DNA of 64,000 nt, taken from contig NW_005201165.1 in assembly GCF_000372725.1 (NCBI RefSeq), positions 126,853 to 190,852 of the forward strand. Reading direction: 5' to 3'. A program made the translations under genes and the position numbers. How positions within the stretch are numbered: position 1 is the first letter of the stretch; each line of letters begins with the position of its first letter. This DNA is from Emiliania huxleyi CCMP1516 (Eukaryota). Positions 45,636 through 57,411 of this stretch are shown here, piece by piece. The notes under the pieces are model-generated. The model searched no databases. It had not been told where the DNA came from and saw nothing but the letters and a program-made list of their open reading frames with translations.

Positions 45636-48097
45636 ATGGTGAAGCAAACGATCTCCAAGCTCTGGGGCGAGCCCGCCATGTGCATCACGCCGAACTGGCA
45701 GTATTTATCGCCAAAGAGCTGGACCAAGGGCGACGTGCGCTTCAACAATAGCCATCACCGAGTCGCCGCTCCGTCATCGCCGCTTGCCTCCCTCGCAAAC
45801 GCCACCACCTGCTCACCAACTCACAATCACCACCCTTACACCACCACTGTCTGACCCGACCGCCTCCGACCCGCTCGCAGCTGGACTCCTTTTTCATGCT
45901 CTTCTTTGACAACTTCTCTTCCCTCCTCGGCATCCTGTCCGCTATGCTCACCGCGCCGATGATCGCCTGCTCCTTCACGTTCACCGCGAACGATGGCGAG
46001 CCCAACTACCCCGCGTACTACCAAGCGTTCGCGGACATGGTCTTCCAACGGGTTTGCCCGGGCATCGGCTGCGCCCTCCTGTTCGGCAACATCTGGTACG
46101 CGATTATGGCCGCCAAGCTGTCCCGCAAGGAGAACCGCGCCGACGTTACCGCCCTCCCCTATGGCGTCAACGCGCCCGCCGGCTTCCTCATGGTCTACAT
46201 GGTGCGAGACGCCACTGTTGTCGCCCTACACACACCCTCTGGCTGTTGGAGCCCGCCGCCCGCCGCCGCAGTACCGCACACCAGCCCAGACGCCCCACCG
46301 CTCTGTCCAAAGGTGATGCTGCCGCTCTGCTTCAAAAACTCGCCCTACGTCGAGTTCAATTTCAACGGAAAGCCTGTTTCGGAGCTTCTGTCGCCCGAGG
46401 ACTTCGCGTGGGAGGCTTTCGCGGCGGCCTGCTGCGCCAACCTGATCGGCGGACTCTTCGAGGTGTGCGGCATCGGCCTCGCCCAGATCATCCGGCGCAA
46501 CGTGCCCCGCGCCGCTCTCTTCGCTCCCATCTGCGGCGTCGGCTTCGTGTGGCTCGGCCTCAGCCCGCTCATCGACGTGATGCGCGAGCCGCTCATCGGC
46601 CTCCTCCCGCTAGCGCTCTGCTTCACGGGCTTCTTCGCCAACGGCGGCAAGGGCATCTACCCCGCGCGCGTGCCCGCCGCGCTCGTCATCTTCGCCGTCG
46701 GCACCGCCCTCTGGTGGAGCGGTGAGCCATACCCGAGACGCGGATCGGACGTAGCCTGCACAGATTCACGACGCGTCCATGGCACGCCCCCGCAGGCCTC
46801 GCTCGCTGGGACACCGAAAACCGCGACGGCTGCGGCGAGACCGGCGGCACGGGCGACCTGAACGAGCGCTCGGTAATGGGGTGCCAGGCCAAGTTCGCGG
46901 CGGAGACCTACGTGGGCAAGAACAAGTTCTCGCCCTTCACCGTCCTCGAGGGCTTTAAGGACATCACCGCGCGCGCCATCGCCATCCAGCTGCCAATCGC
47001 GCTCGCCTCCTTCCTCGAGACGATCGAGAACGTCGAGGCGGCGGAGCTCGGCGGCGACAGCTACAACGTGCACGAGGCGATGCTCTGCGACGGGCTCGGC
47101 ACCATGTTCGGCGCCATCTGTGGCGCCACGATCCCGACGACGGTGCGACGAGAGGACCACCGCAGCGGCGCACGGCGTGACGAGCGACTCTTCACGCCTG
47201 CACCTGTGGAACAGGTGTACATTGGCCACCGGAGGCACAAGGCGTCGGGCGCGACCGCGGGCTACTCGCTCTGCAACGGACTCGCGTACTTTGTCCTCAT
47301 GATGAGCGGCCTCACCGGCCTCTTCTTCTACCTCATCGACGGTGTCTCGATCGGGGTCATCCTCATCGCCGTGGGCCTGATGATCGTGCAGCAGGCGCTG
47401 GAGGTGTCGCCGTCGCGCCACTACCCGTGCCTGATGGTCGGCATCATGTTCGTGGTCGCCGACATGATCTACTTCGACCACTTCAACGCTGGAGTCGGCA
47501 TGGCCACCCGCTCGCTCGGCCGCATGCGCGGCGTCTCCAACATGGCGCCCGCGGGCGGCATCATGTGCTCGCTCATCGTGAGCTGGATTCTGTGCGACCT
47601 CACCGACTCGAACTTTGTGCGCGGCGGCGTCGTCGCCGCCCTCGCCTCCTTCCTCTCCCTCTTCGGCCTCATGCACGGCAACAACTACGTTTTCTCGGAC
47701 GGGACGGTGATGTCCGCCGACACGGGAGGCGACCACTACACCACCGACCTGGGCGAGGTGGTCCTCTCTACCTTCACGGAGCCCAAGGTCGGCCGTGCCC
47801 CACCCAGTCTACGCGCCCCGCCAAGCGAGGAGGAATGCTGATCCGCCTCACACCTTGCCCCCATAGACCAACGCATTGGGCTTCGCGACGAACTACACGT
47901 TCGACGCGTCGAGCTACAAGATCAACAACGACGAGATTCGGCCGTTCAACGAGGGCTGGCGCTTCGCCATCGCGTACGGGGCGCTCGCCCTCTTTTGCGC
48001 GGCGCACGCGGCCTACTTCAAGTATTTCGCGCCTGGGCAGAAGGCTGCCCCCGAGGGCAAGGACGCCACGCCGGTCGCGATCTCGACCGCGGCCTGA
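45636..48097 (+). CDS. NCS2/AzgA-like (xanthine/uracil/vitamin C permease-type) transporter, multi-exon
   Basis: 'WTKGD|LDSFFMLFFDN', 'TALPYGVNAP', 'ENVEAAELGGDSY...DGLGT...PTT|VYIGH..HKASGATAGYS'; many TM helices. Confidence 0.8.
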
Positions 48098-48474
48098 GCC
48101 CGAAGCAAGGACTATTGCGCAAGGCTCCACACTGCTAGTGTGTGTGGCAAGCGCGCGCGAGCGGCGCATCGAGGGAATCTGGGATGGCACTTGGGGTGGC
48201 TTGCGTACACTTGGCTTGCGACTGTACACTTGGGGCTGGGCGCGGGGCTGCGCGTGTAGCGCGTATAGGGGAAGGGGTTGGGGATTAGGGGGGGCGTGCG
48301 CGACTCCTGAGTGCTGAGAGGCAGAGCTCGCGGCTTTCCTGTGCGGCTCTCGCAGTTCACTGAGTGCTAGTGCTCGGGACGGCGCGGTTATGCATGTGTC
48401 CGGGGGGAGAGAGTGGGACGCCCGGTGCCGGAAGGTTTGAGTGTTTTGTTCGTTTCGTTAAACGGATCTCACAC

Positions 48475-49354
48475 TCACTCTACCCTCGCAGCCTTCTTCC
48501 TCCCCTTCCGACCGCCTGACTCCTTGCCCGCTCTCCGCGTCCTCTTACCTTTCCCATGCTTGCGCTCCCACCGCCGGCCGCTCGGGCCTTCCCCGCCGTC
48601 GCCGGCAGCCTCCTCGTGGCCCACGTCGCCGCCGCCGCCACCAGGACCGTCGTCATTGCCTCCACCGCCACCGCCGCCCCTGCCACGCGAGTCGGCTGCG
48701 GCTCGCGCCTGCTCGCGCGGCACCGCCGACGGCTCGTAGGACCACGCGAGGACCCATCGCGAAGTGGTGCCTGTCGCAATCGCGTGACACGCTCACGGCT
48801 CTGTGAATGGGAGGACGTTGCAGGTCGGAGCGCTGGCCTTGCGCGAGCTCGGTGGTGCGCACGTGCACCGCCCCCGCCTCGTCGAGCCTCTGCAGCAGCG
48901 GCGAGAGCGACGCCTTCCGCCCGACGAGCGAAGAGAACCAGCCGGCGGCGTCGCGCATGCCTAGGGTAAGGTCAGATGATCGTCTCCGCACACACACGAT
49001 GGTAGGGCAAGGGGGGAGGACGGGCGGTGTGCGTGTGAGCGTGCCTGCCGACTCGCTGATCAGCCGCGAGACAAAGCCGACCTCGCCGCCCGCCGTGAAG
49101 AGCTCGCTCCTCGACGCCTCGCACCGCTCCCCTACCCACACGCGCGAGCCGTCAGCACACCGCCTCTCCCGCAGCGGCGAGTCTTCACACCGCTCGCCGG
49201 CGCGGTCCGCTCGCCCGCGCGGCGCCTCGTTCTCGCCGTAGAAGGGCGGGTTGCACATGCACGCCGCCACCCGCTCCCCATCCACCAAGGCCTGCCGCAA
49301 CACGCCGCCGCACCCCTCGCCACATCCGTCGCCCCCACCCTCGCCCCCACCCTC

Positions 49355-49388
<34 letters not shown>

Positions 49389-50908
49389 GTGAAGCGCACG
49401 CAAATCTCGTCATCGAGTCCGTTGAGCGCCACCTGCACCTCGAGCGCGAGCTCGCTCAGACTCGAGCAGTCTCCCGCGTGAGGCCGCGGGCGAGTCACGT
49501 TTGCGCGCGCCGCCTCCGCCGCCGCCTAGGGGCAGTGAGGCCAGCCAGATCAGGCGAGGGAGGGCTGAGGGGCGTGAGGCCAAAGGCATGGACTGCATGC
49601 CGAAGGCACGTGGGCGAGAGGGGGGCGAGAGGTGGGCGAGAGGGTGGGCGTGTGTGCGCGTGCGTGTGCGTGTGTGGCCTCGTCGATCTCCGACGCGATG
49701 AAGCGCCAGCCGAGCAGCGCACTGCCCAGCAGCGGATAGATGGCGGAGGCGCCTGGAGGTGCAGCCGAGGCGTAGCTGAGATGCAGTCGAGAAGAAACGG
49801 CACCGGAGGCAGACGCGAGATGCGTTCCCGCGATAAAGCCGAGATGCAGCGGCGGTGGATGGCAAGTTGTTAGATGCGACTCGAGATGTGATCTCGATGC
49901 GATTCGAGATGTGATCTCGGTGCGATTCGAGATGTGATCTCGGTGCGACTCGAGATGTGATCTCGATGCGATTCGAGATGTGATCTCGGTGCGAATCGAG
50001 ATGTGATCTCGATGCGATTCGAGATGTGATCTCGGTGCGATTCGAGATGTGGTGATCTCGGTGCGATTCGAGATGTGATCTCGGTGCGATCTCGAGCGGT
50101 GATCTCGATGGAGGCGCCTGTTCCGATGTCTAGCACGAGCGGAGGCGGAGGCGCTTGTTCGTCGGCCCGCGGGCTTGGGCGGAGGCGGAGGAGGTCTTCG
50201 AGCCTGCAGAGCACGCGGCGCGGTGTGGAAGGGTGTCTCGGGCTCAGCCCTCCCGTGCTCCAGGGAATGGTGTCGCCACAGTCTCTAGAGCGCTGGCAAG
50301 AGCACAGGGGTGGGTCTTTGGCGCACCAGAGCAGATAGTTGATGCGGGACGGGACGGGAGGGCAGAGGTGGCCGGCCGGCAAGCGCCAGCGGAGCCTAAG
50401 AGAGGGCGTGTGAAGACCGGCTGTGAAGACAGCACAGGCAAGATCACCCGACGACTGTGCGTCGGTGAGGCGTGACCCAAAAGCGGACCCATCCGCCCGA
50501 GCTCCCAACGTGTCTTCTCGCATTTACGCCGAGCGCCCAAAGTGCTGCCACAGCAGCGCCCGGGTGAGCGCGACGGCGGCGTCGGGCGCGCTCCAGTCGA
50601 GGCTGGCGCCGCCGCCGGGCCGACCGGGCCGCACGTGCCTCGCAAAGTCGGGGTCGAAGCGAGCTGATGCGGAGAGGGTGGGGCTGGGTGAGTGGCGGTG
50701 AGGAGAGGACGGCGGTGGTGGGCGGGCACAGAGGCGGTGTGGGAGGCGGCGGCGAGGTTGTGGCGGCGTGCGCGGAGAGGGCGGCGCGGAGAGTGAGAGG
50801 CACGAGGAGCGATCGAGTAATTGAAGAGAGCGCGTGAGGTCAACCGACTCACGCACCCAGCGCGGCAAAGTCCGGTGGCTGGTCCTTATACGGGTTGCGA
50901 GGGTGCAT
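48475..50908 (-). CDS. METTL16: METTL16/RlmF-family RNA m6A methyltransferase, multi-exon
   Basis: 'MHPRNPY...PDFAAL', 'LDWSAPDAAVALTRALL', 'LCPPVPSRINYL', 'LDIGTGAS', 'CMCNPPFY', 'GGEVGFV', 'WFSSLVG', 'SRWVLAWS'. Confidence 0.9.
49871..50108. repeat. Intronic minisatellite, ~10 copies of 23 bp (CGAGATGTGATCTCGRTGCGAHT)
   Basis: Read directly; each unit contains the inverted pair CGAGAT...ATCTCG. Confidence 0.95.
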
Positions 50909-51159
50909 GAGGCGCGCAGAGCGCTGCGCCAGGTGCGTGCCGTGCGGGGCGGCCTGCGGCAACGCCATTGAAAGGAAGAAATTCCGAAGCCTCGACTCTT
51001 TTGCAAGGTTGCAGCGAGAATCGGCGAGGGACTGGACCTCTTTCTTCTTCTAGGCCATCGCCAAACGCCCCAACGCGTTCGATCTCCGACATCCAGAACG
51101 TCATGGACGCAGTGTCCTGGACGTGAACGTGACATCCAGCTTGAGGAATCAGGGTTTAC

Positions 51160-52545
51160 ATGCTGACTGGCGGAGAGTCTCCCTCCTCTTCGCTCGAGTC
51201 GAAGGACGTCGTCGCCGATGGAGTCCTTGTCACCATTGCCCCCCGCGTCTCCGAGGAGACCGCAGTGATTGCGTCAAACCAGGACCAGCGGAAGCATGGC
51301 GGTGCCTCAACGCTCCTTGGGCGCACCGGTCCTGGTGTGAGAATAGTTCGGATCATTTTGCTCGCGGCGGGACTGGTCGCTCTCGCCCTCGCGCTCTGGA
51401 AGACCGCAGCCGTTGCTCCGTCGTTAATTCAGGCGAACGGGCTGCCACTCGGACTCGCCCAAACCGGAGCTTACTTCATCGCCTACTTGTGTGAAGCCGT
51501 CCTCATTGTTGCGGTGACCCCATTCGTGGCGGCGAAGGAGGCTGTGGGGTTTGCTGCTGTCAAGCTCTGGCAGGTGGCAACCGCTTACTTCTCATTCGCT
51601 TGGGATGTCATCGCCGCAGTCTTCTCATTCGCTTGGGATCTCATCGCCGCAGTCTTCACCCTCCTTTCGGACGCCGCCGCCACAGTCTTCTCCTTCACTG
51701 AAGAATTTATCCTCGTCCCCATGGCCCACTTCCTCCAGCCAGGCGCACAGATTGTCCGGGACAAGGCGGTGACGGTCGCGGAGACTGTCAAGGACGTGGC
51801 TGTCTGGCCGTACGAGAACGTCGTGCAGCCTGCCGGAGAGGCGGTTGTAGGCTGCGTGCAGGACGTGTTTTCCTGGTCGTACCAGCGTGTCTTGCAGCCC
51901 ATCGGACATGCGATTGGCGCCACCGCGACATTCGTGATGGATGCCGTCATTGCCCCGTCACTCAATGCCTTGGCGTGGGCCGTCGCGAAAATGTGGCAAG
52001 GATTGTTTTGGATCGGCGACGCGATCCTCGAGGGCATCTCCCGCATTGTGGTGTACCTCTACGAGCATGCGGTGGTGCCTGTGTCTCACGGCATTCGATT
52101 AGTCGGGGCAGAAATCGGAAATGGCTTGGGTGCCGCCGCCAGCTGGGTGTGTGGCCACATTTTGGCTCCTGTTGCAAACGCAGTCAGCGCTGCCGCATCA
52201 GCCTCCTACCACTATGTGATAGAGCCTGTTGGTTCAGGGATCGGATGGCTAGTCTCCACCCTAGCCAGCGGCATTGCATCCGCAGGCTCCACCACCTATC
52301 GATTCGTCATCGAGCCGGTTGGCTCAGAGGTGGGCTCGCTCGCCGGCATCGTGAGCAGTGCCACGGCGCGTTCCTGGGCCGCGGTGAGCTACGTGATGGC
52401 TCAGACCAGGCCGCACGCGACGCCCTCGCCACCCCCGCCCCCGCCGTACCCACAGCCGCCGCCACCGCCTCCGCCTCCACTCATCAACGTGTTGCTCGGC
52501 GCCGCGTGGAGCGGCGTTCAGGCGCACCTCGGAGGAAGACTGTGA
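51160..52545 (+). CDS. Intronless 461-aa hydrophobic protein with periodic amphipathic helical repeats
   Basis: Clean ATG-to-TGA ORF of ordinary composition. N-terminal TM segments, recurring (V/I)(V/I/L)xP motifs, and a 33-bp tandem duplication at 51588-51657. Confidence 0.75.
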   Translation: MLTGGESPSSSLESKDVVADGVLVTIAPRVSEETAVIASNQDQRKHGGASTLLGRTGPGVRIVRIILLAAGLVALALALWKTAAVAPSLIQANGLPLGLAQTGAYFIAYLCEAVLIVAVTPFVAAKEAVGFAAVKLWQVATAYFSFAWDVIAAVFSFAWDLIAAVFTLLSDAAATVFSFTEEFILVPMAHFLQPGAQIVRDKAVTVAETVKDVAVWPYENVVQPAGEAVVGCVQDVFSWSYQRVLQPIGHAIGATATFVMDAVIAPSLNALAWAVAKMWQGLFWIGDAILEGISRIVVYLYEHAVVPVSHGIRLVGAEIGNGLGAAASWVCGHILAPVANAVSAAASASYHYVIEPVGSGIGWLVSTLASGIASAGSTTYRFVIEPVGSEVGSLAGIVSSATARSWAAVSYVMAQTRPHATPSPPPPPPYPQPPPPPPPPLINVLLGAAWSGVQAHLGGRL

Positions 52546-53086
52546 GGCTTGTCGTTTGCGTGTATCTTTTCCCCACCCAACCTGTGTCAACTTGAACTAA
52601 TTTATCATCAATCTGAGAGAGATTTTTAGCAATACCAAACAACTCTAACACTCACACATCATTTGGGGCCTGGAGCCCCGGCAGTTAAATCTTCGTGGAA
52701 AACAGATCTTCAAGGGAGTCGTTAAAGGCCCTGGCCTCGCTGTTCACGCGCGCGCGAGACGTGCACACAGGGTTGCCAGGTGAGAGCGAATGGCGCGGTT
52801 CACGCTTCCCACAAGAGCGGCCGCACACTGCCCTTCACTGCTCGGTACCCCCCTTGCACATCTAAAATCATGGCCGACCCCCCCCCCCCCCCCCCAAAAA
52901 CAAAAAAAATCTTTGCCCCTTGGGGCCGGGGTTGGGGACCCCCCCCTCAAGGGCAAGAGGAAAGCCGTGCCCCCCCCCCAACAAACCAACCCCCCCCCAC
53001 AAACAGCATTTTTGTGCAGACAGCGGTAAGTAGGGATCCAGAGAATTTTTTCGCCGGCTTGCGTACGCCGCCCAGTCGTCGGCAAG

Positions 53087-53827
53087 GTGCTGCATATGAA
53101 ATGGCTTGAGGGAGAGCCGCATGGCTTCCACCACGTCGCCGCCGCCTGCCCCTCCGCCGCCCTCGCCGCCGCCGCCGTCGCTGTCGCCCTCACCGCCTCC
53201 CACGCCGCCGCCTCCGGTGCCGCCGCCGCCTGCCCCTCCGCCGCCCTCGCCGCCGCCCTCGCCGCCGCCGCCGTCGCTGTCGCCCTCGCCGCCCCCCAAT
53301 CCTCCGCCCTCCACGCCGCCGCCAGCCCCGCCCCCTCCCACGCCGCCGCCTTTGTCACCGCCACCTGTGCTACCGCCCCCCTCCCCGCCGACGCCGCCGG
53401 CCATTCCACCTCCACCCTTCCCGCCTCTGCCGCCGCTGTGGTCTTACCGTCGCCGCCGCCGCCGCCGCTGGCCCCACCCTCGCTGCCTCCTCACCCTCCG
53501 CAGAAGGCGCCGACGCCGACGCCGCCTCGGCCGCTCGCCCCACCGACCGAAGGCTGCTTGGACTCGATCGCCAAAAACTTCAACCCGGATGTCGACGTCA
53601 ACAACGCCGCCCTCTGCGAGTACAACTTCGCGGACGGGGAGATCGCGGTGTTCGGCTCAGCGGCGCCGCCCCTCCACTCGGGCGCGTTCGTCTTGCGCCA
53701 TTCGATGGCCGTCCACGTAATCGTCTTTGCGGCCTTCCTGGCTGCGTTGGTCGCCTCTCGCACCGCCACCTGCATCGCGGTGAGGCGCTCGCCGTCGCGC
53801 CCCCCTCGCGTGGGGGGTGGTACATAG
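53087..53827 (+). CDS. Pro-rich membrane-anchored protein or fragment with a GCxD..A.N(F/Y)NP motif; 5' end unclear, probably frameshifted or spliced
   Basis: SPPP-type repeats, 'GCLDSIAKNFNPDVDVNNAALCEY', then TM 'MAVHVIVFAAFLAALVA'. Confidence 0.45.
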   Translation: MLHMKWLEGEPHGFHHVAAACPSAALAAAAVAVALTASHAAASGAAAACPSAALAAALAAAAVAVALAAPQSSALHAAASPAPSHAAAFVTATCATAPLPADAAGHSTSTLPASAAAVVLPSPPPPPLAPPSLPPHPPQKAPTPTPPRPLAPPTEGCLDSIAKNFNPDVDVNNAALCEYNFADGEIAVFGSAAPPLHSGAFVLRHSMAVHVIVFAAFLAALVASRTATCIAVRRSPSRPPRVGGGT

Positions 53828-54041
53828 CCCGTTGCCGCCATTCTCGCCCTCGTGGCCGCTCGTTCGCGTTGTGTCGGGGCGGGGAGGGCTCCCGACGCCG
53901 CCGCCCTGAACCGCCGCCACTGTTCGACGCTGGGTAGGTTATTGCCCGCTGTGGTGAGCGCCGCGGCGACGTCGAGCGCCTGTTTGACCCTGTGGTCAGC
54001 TCCATATGATCTCGGATATTTTTTGTAGGCACCGGAACGCC

Positions 54042-54207
54042 AAAAAACTAGTATGTCTTCGAGTGAAAAGTAATCCGAGCAAACCCGCGGCCGCAGTGAA
54101 TTAAAATGGGCGGTTTTCGAGGGGGAATCTGGAGAATCTGGGAATCTGCTCACCACGGATCCCCACCTCATCGAAAAACTTTTCACTCCAAGACATACTA
54201 GTTTTTT
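54042..54207. repeat. 30-bp inverted repeat pair (1 mismatch) around a 106-bp spacer, AT-rich
   Basis: AAAAAACTAGTATGTCTTCGAGTGAAAAGT (54042-54071) vs ACTTTTCACTCCAAGACATACTAGTTTTTT (54178-54207). Confidence 0.9.
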
Positions 54208-54402
54208 AAGGTGCTCTACAACCTAGGCACAAAAGATATGGCATTGCCGGCCATTTAGGATTCCTAGACGGTCACTGAGTACGCCAAAATCCCCACTGGG
54301 CCGGGAGCGAGCTTAAATTCTTCAGCTCCGCTTTCTCTTTGCCTGAGGGCGTCGCTGTTCACCGCCGCATCGCCGCTCCTCCCGCTCGCCGTCGCCCACC
54401 CG

Positions 54403-55702
54403 ATGCCGGAGGACGACGAGGAGGCGGCTGCGCGTGAGCGTGCGCAGCGGTACATCAAATTTGGCACCGTCACCGAGAAGAATGTCGAGCAGCTACGCAA
54501 GCTGAACCTCGCAGTCTTCCCCGTCCGGTGAGCCGCCGCCTCCGCCGTGCGTGCCCGCACAGCAAGGCCTCTACGGGCGAGCCACTGGCGCATGCGCCAA
54601 CGCCACCTCACGCCAGCGTCGCGTGGCTCGTGAACGCTTCACAATCGCTGCGGTGGCGGTGCCAGGCGCTGCCGCCGAGCATGCCTTTCGCAGCGTCTCC
54701 CTCTCCCTCTCCCTGGTAGGTATAACGACAAGTTCTACTCGGACCTGGCTTCGGCGCCGTCACAGGCGTACACGCACCTCGCCTACTTCAACGACATCCT
54801 CGTCGGCGCCATCTGCTGCCGCATCGAGCCGCAGGAGCCCCGCCCCCGCTCCACCGGCCACTGTTTGCGGACCCCTGGCACCCGACCCTGGCCTCGACAC
54901 CGCTGTCCTCTGGCCCTCCAACCCGCCCGCCTGCCGCCACCGCGGAAGGCGCCGCGCCTTCCCGCCGGGTGGCGCTGGAGTCTGACGCGTGAGGCTCTGA
55001 TCACCGCAGGAGGGGGCCGCCTTTAAGCTCTACATCATGACGATCGGCGTGCTTGCGCCCTACCGCCGGCTGGGCATCGGCACGCAGCTGCTCAAGCAGG
55101 CGCCCCGCTCCGGCGAGGAGGCTCCTCTGCCCCAGCACCTCCCTCCCTCTCACCTCTGCTCGCTCGGGGCAGGTGCTGCACGCGTGCGCGCTCGAGCCCA
55201 ACCTGCAGGCGCCGCTGCCCGCCCTCCGCCAGGCTCCACCAGGCGAGATGCACCCGAGGTCGGGATGCGCCTCCCCCCCCCCTCCCCACCCCACCCCCGC
55301 AGGAGCTGTACCTGCACGTGCAGACCTCAAACAGCGACGCGATCGACTTTTACACGCGGCGAGCTGCCCACCCTCCCCGCCTGCCGGGCTTAAACCCGCC
55401 CCCTCCCTCTCGACAGCTCGCCGGCTGCGGACAGGTTCGGCTTCTCGCAGGGCGAGGTGATCAAGGACTACTACAAGCGGATCGAGCCGCCGGACGCGGT
55501 GGCCGAGCGACACGCACACGCACACACAGCCACGCGCGCGCGCGCGCACACACACACACGCCGTCACCACCACCACCGCGATCCCTCCCGCTCTCCCCTC
55601 GCAACGGCCCTTCACACCGCCGCGTGTGAGCAGGTGCTGCTGCACCGTGTCGCGCCCTTCCCAGTGCTCTCCAAGGAGGAGCAGCCCGCCCGGTACGCGT
55701 AG
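54403..55702 (+). CDS. NAA50: N-alpha-acetyltransferase 50 (NatE catalytic subunit), multi-exon
   Basis: 'NVEQLRKLNLAVFPV|RYNDKFY', 'LAYFNDILVGAICCRIE', 'LYIMTIGVLAPYRRLGIG', 'YLHVQTSNSDAIDFY', 'FGF...IKDYYKRIEPPDA'. Confidence 0.93.
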
Positions 55703-56789
55703 CTTGAGGAGGAACTGTGTGCTCTGCACTTGGAGCACTGCGATGCGTCTTTTATTTTCGGGCCTCGCTATTGTCGACCCCTTTTGCGCAGCAACACCTT
55801 AAACGACTTTTAGGCGGCGGCCCTCCAAATTCGGGTCGGAGCGTAGCCGTAGGGCGTAGGCCGTAGCGCTAGCGGAGTGTGTCGTGGGGATTGGAGTGGT
55901 CTGACCAGCAAGAAGACGGGTCGAGGCCCTCCGTAGGCTCGTGAGGCGTCCCTCGTCCCTCTTCAATAGAGGGATAGGCATCTGGACCCAAAGGTTGGTG
56001 CCCAGCAGGTGTGAGTGGTGAGCCGCGTGCGCGGCTCTGCTGTACTGGTGATCGCGGGTGAGGCTGCAAAGCCATCCTCGATCCGGGTGCCGTCTCAGAC
56101 GACTGTAGATTGGTATTAAGGTATAAGGAACTCGTATCCGAGTGGTTAAAGGGAATGGCGTGGTGTCACGCCGGGTTGTGTGTGTCACATGACACAAAGA
56201 GGTCGACTGTCTCGCGGCGCGGCGGCCCCACGAGAAGTAGTCAGAGACTATTACGTGCCAATATTTGGGCGCCTATTCGGCGCCCGACGGAGGTGCCAAT
56301 ATTAGGGATCTAGGTGGCGTGACGTGCCACTGCACAGGGTGTGGGAATATAGGGATATAGGTAGACTATTCATCACTGTGGGGGGGGAGAGTGTGATAAT
56401 AGGGGTGCTGGGGTGGGGCTGGTGGAGGTGATTCTCCGGGTCAGTCTGAAGGTCATTCTCCACCACCTCCTGCGACAGCTGGGTAGCCATTCCCCGGGGA
56501 GGGGATTGTCAGGGGCTGTGTCAGGGGCTGTCTGAGTCGGGGAGGGGGCCGTCAGAGGCTGTGTCAGGAGCTGTCTGAGCCGAACTTGTTTGTATGATAC
56601 CAACTGGCGTTGAGTTGAACCACCGGTATTATTCACACCCCGGAGGGCTGGTGTATCCATCTCGTGGCTTTCAGGGTTGTCCTGGTAGTTTGATAGGTTG
56701 AGCCTGGCAGCTTGGCAAGCGTGCCGCGTGCCTGGTAGTTTGATAGCTTGGTAGACTGGTAGTCTGATGGCTTGAGCCTGGTAGCTTGG

Positions 56790-57411
56790 ATGGTAGCTTG
56801 GATGGCGCTCTGATATGGATAACCCTGTCAGCACGGTGCCTGTAGCTTGCATGGTAGCTTGGATGGCGCTCTGATATGGATAACCCTGTCAGCACGGTGC
56901 CTGTAGCTTGCATGGTAGCTTGGATGGCGCTCTGATATGGATAACCCTGTCAGCACGGTGCCTGCAGCTTGCATGGTAGCTTGGATGGCGCTCTGATATG
57001 GATAACCCTGTCAGCACGGTGCCTGTAGCTTGCATGGTAGCTTGGATGGCGCTCTGATATGGATAACCCTGTCAGCACGGTGCCTGTAGCTTGCATGGTA
57101 GCTTGGATGGCGCTCTGATATGGATAACCCTGTCAGCACGGTGCCTGCAGCTTGCATGGTAGCTTGGATGGCGCTCTGATATGGATAACCCTGTCAGCAC
57201 GGTGCCTGTAGCTTGCATGGTAGCTTGGATGGCGCTCTGATATGGATAACCCTGTCAGCACGGTGCCTGTAGCTTGCATGGTAGCTTGGATGGCGCTCTG
57301 ATATGGATAACCCTGTCAGCACGGTGCCTGCAGCTTGCATGGTAGCTTGGATGGCGCTCTGATATGGATAACCCTGTCAGCACGGTGCCTGCAGCTTGCA
57401 TGGTAGCTTGG
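56790..57411. repeat. Tandem array, 10 x 61 bp, inside the LTR element
   Basis: Unit ATGGTAGCTTGGATGGCGCTCTGATATGGATAACCCTGTCAGCACGGTGCCTGYAGCTTGC with a single variable site. Confidence 0.97.

Noticed and set aside
56478..56510. Primer-binding site / polypurine tract of the LTR element
   Set aside because: Neither internal boundary (GCTGGGTAGCC..., ...CCCAACGTGG) gives a convincing tRNA-complementary PBS or a clean PPT by eye; orientation is assigned only from the ORF.
56790..57411. 61-bp array as a CRISPR array
   Set aside because: Units are contiguous and essentially identical with no unique spacers, there are no cas genes, and the context is eukaryotic.
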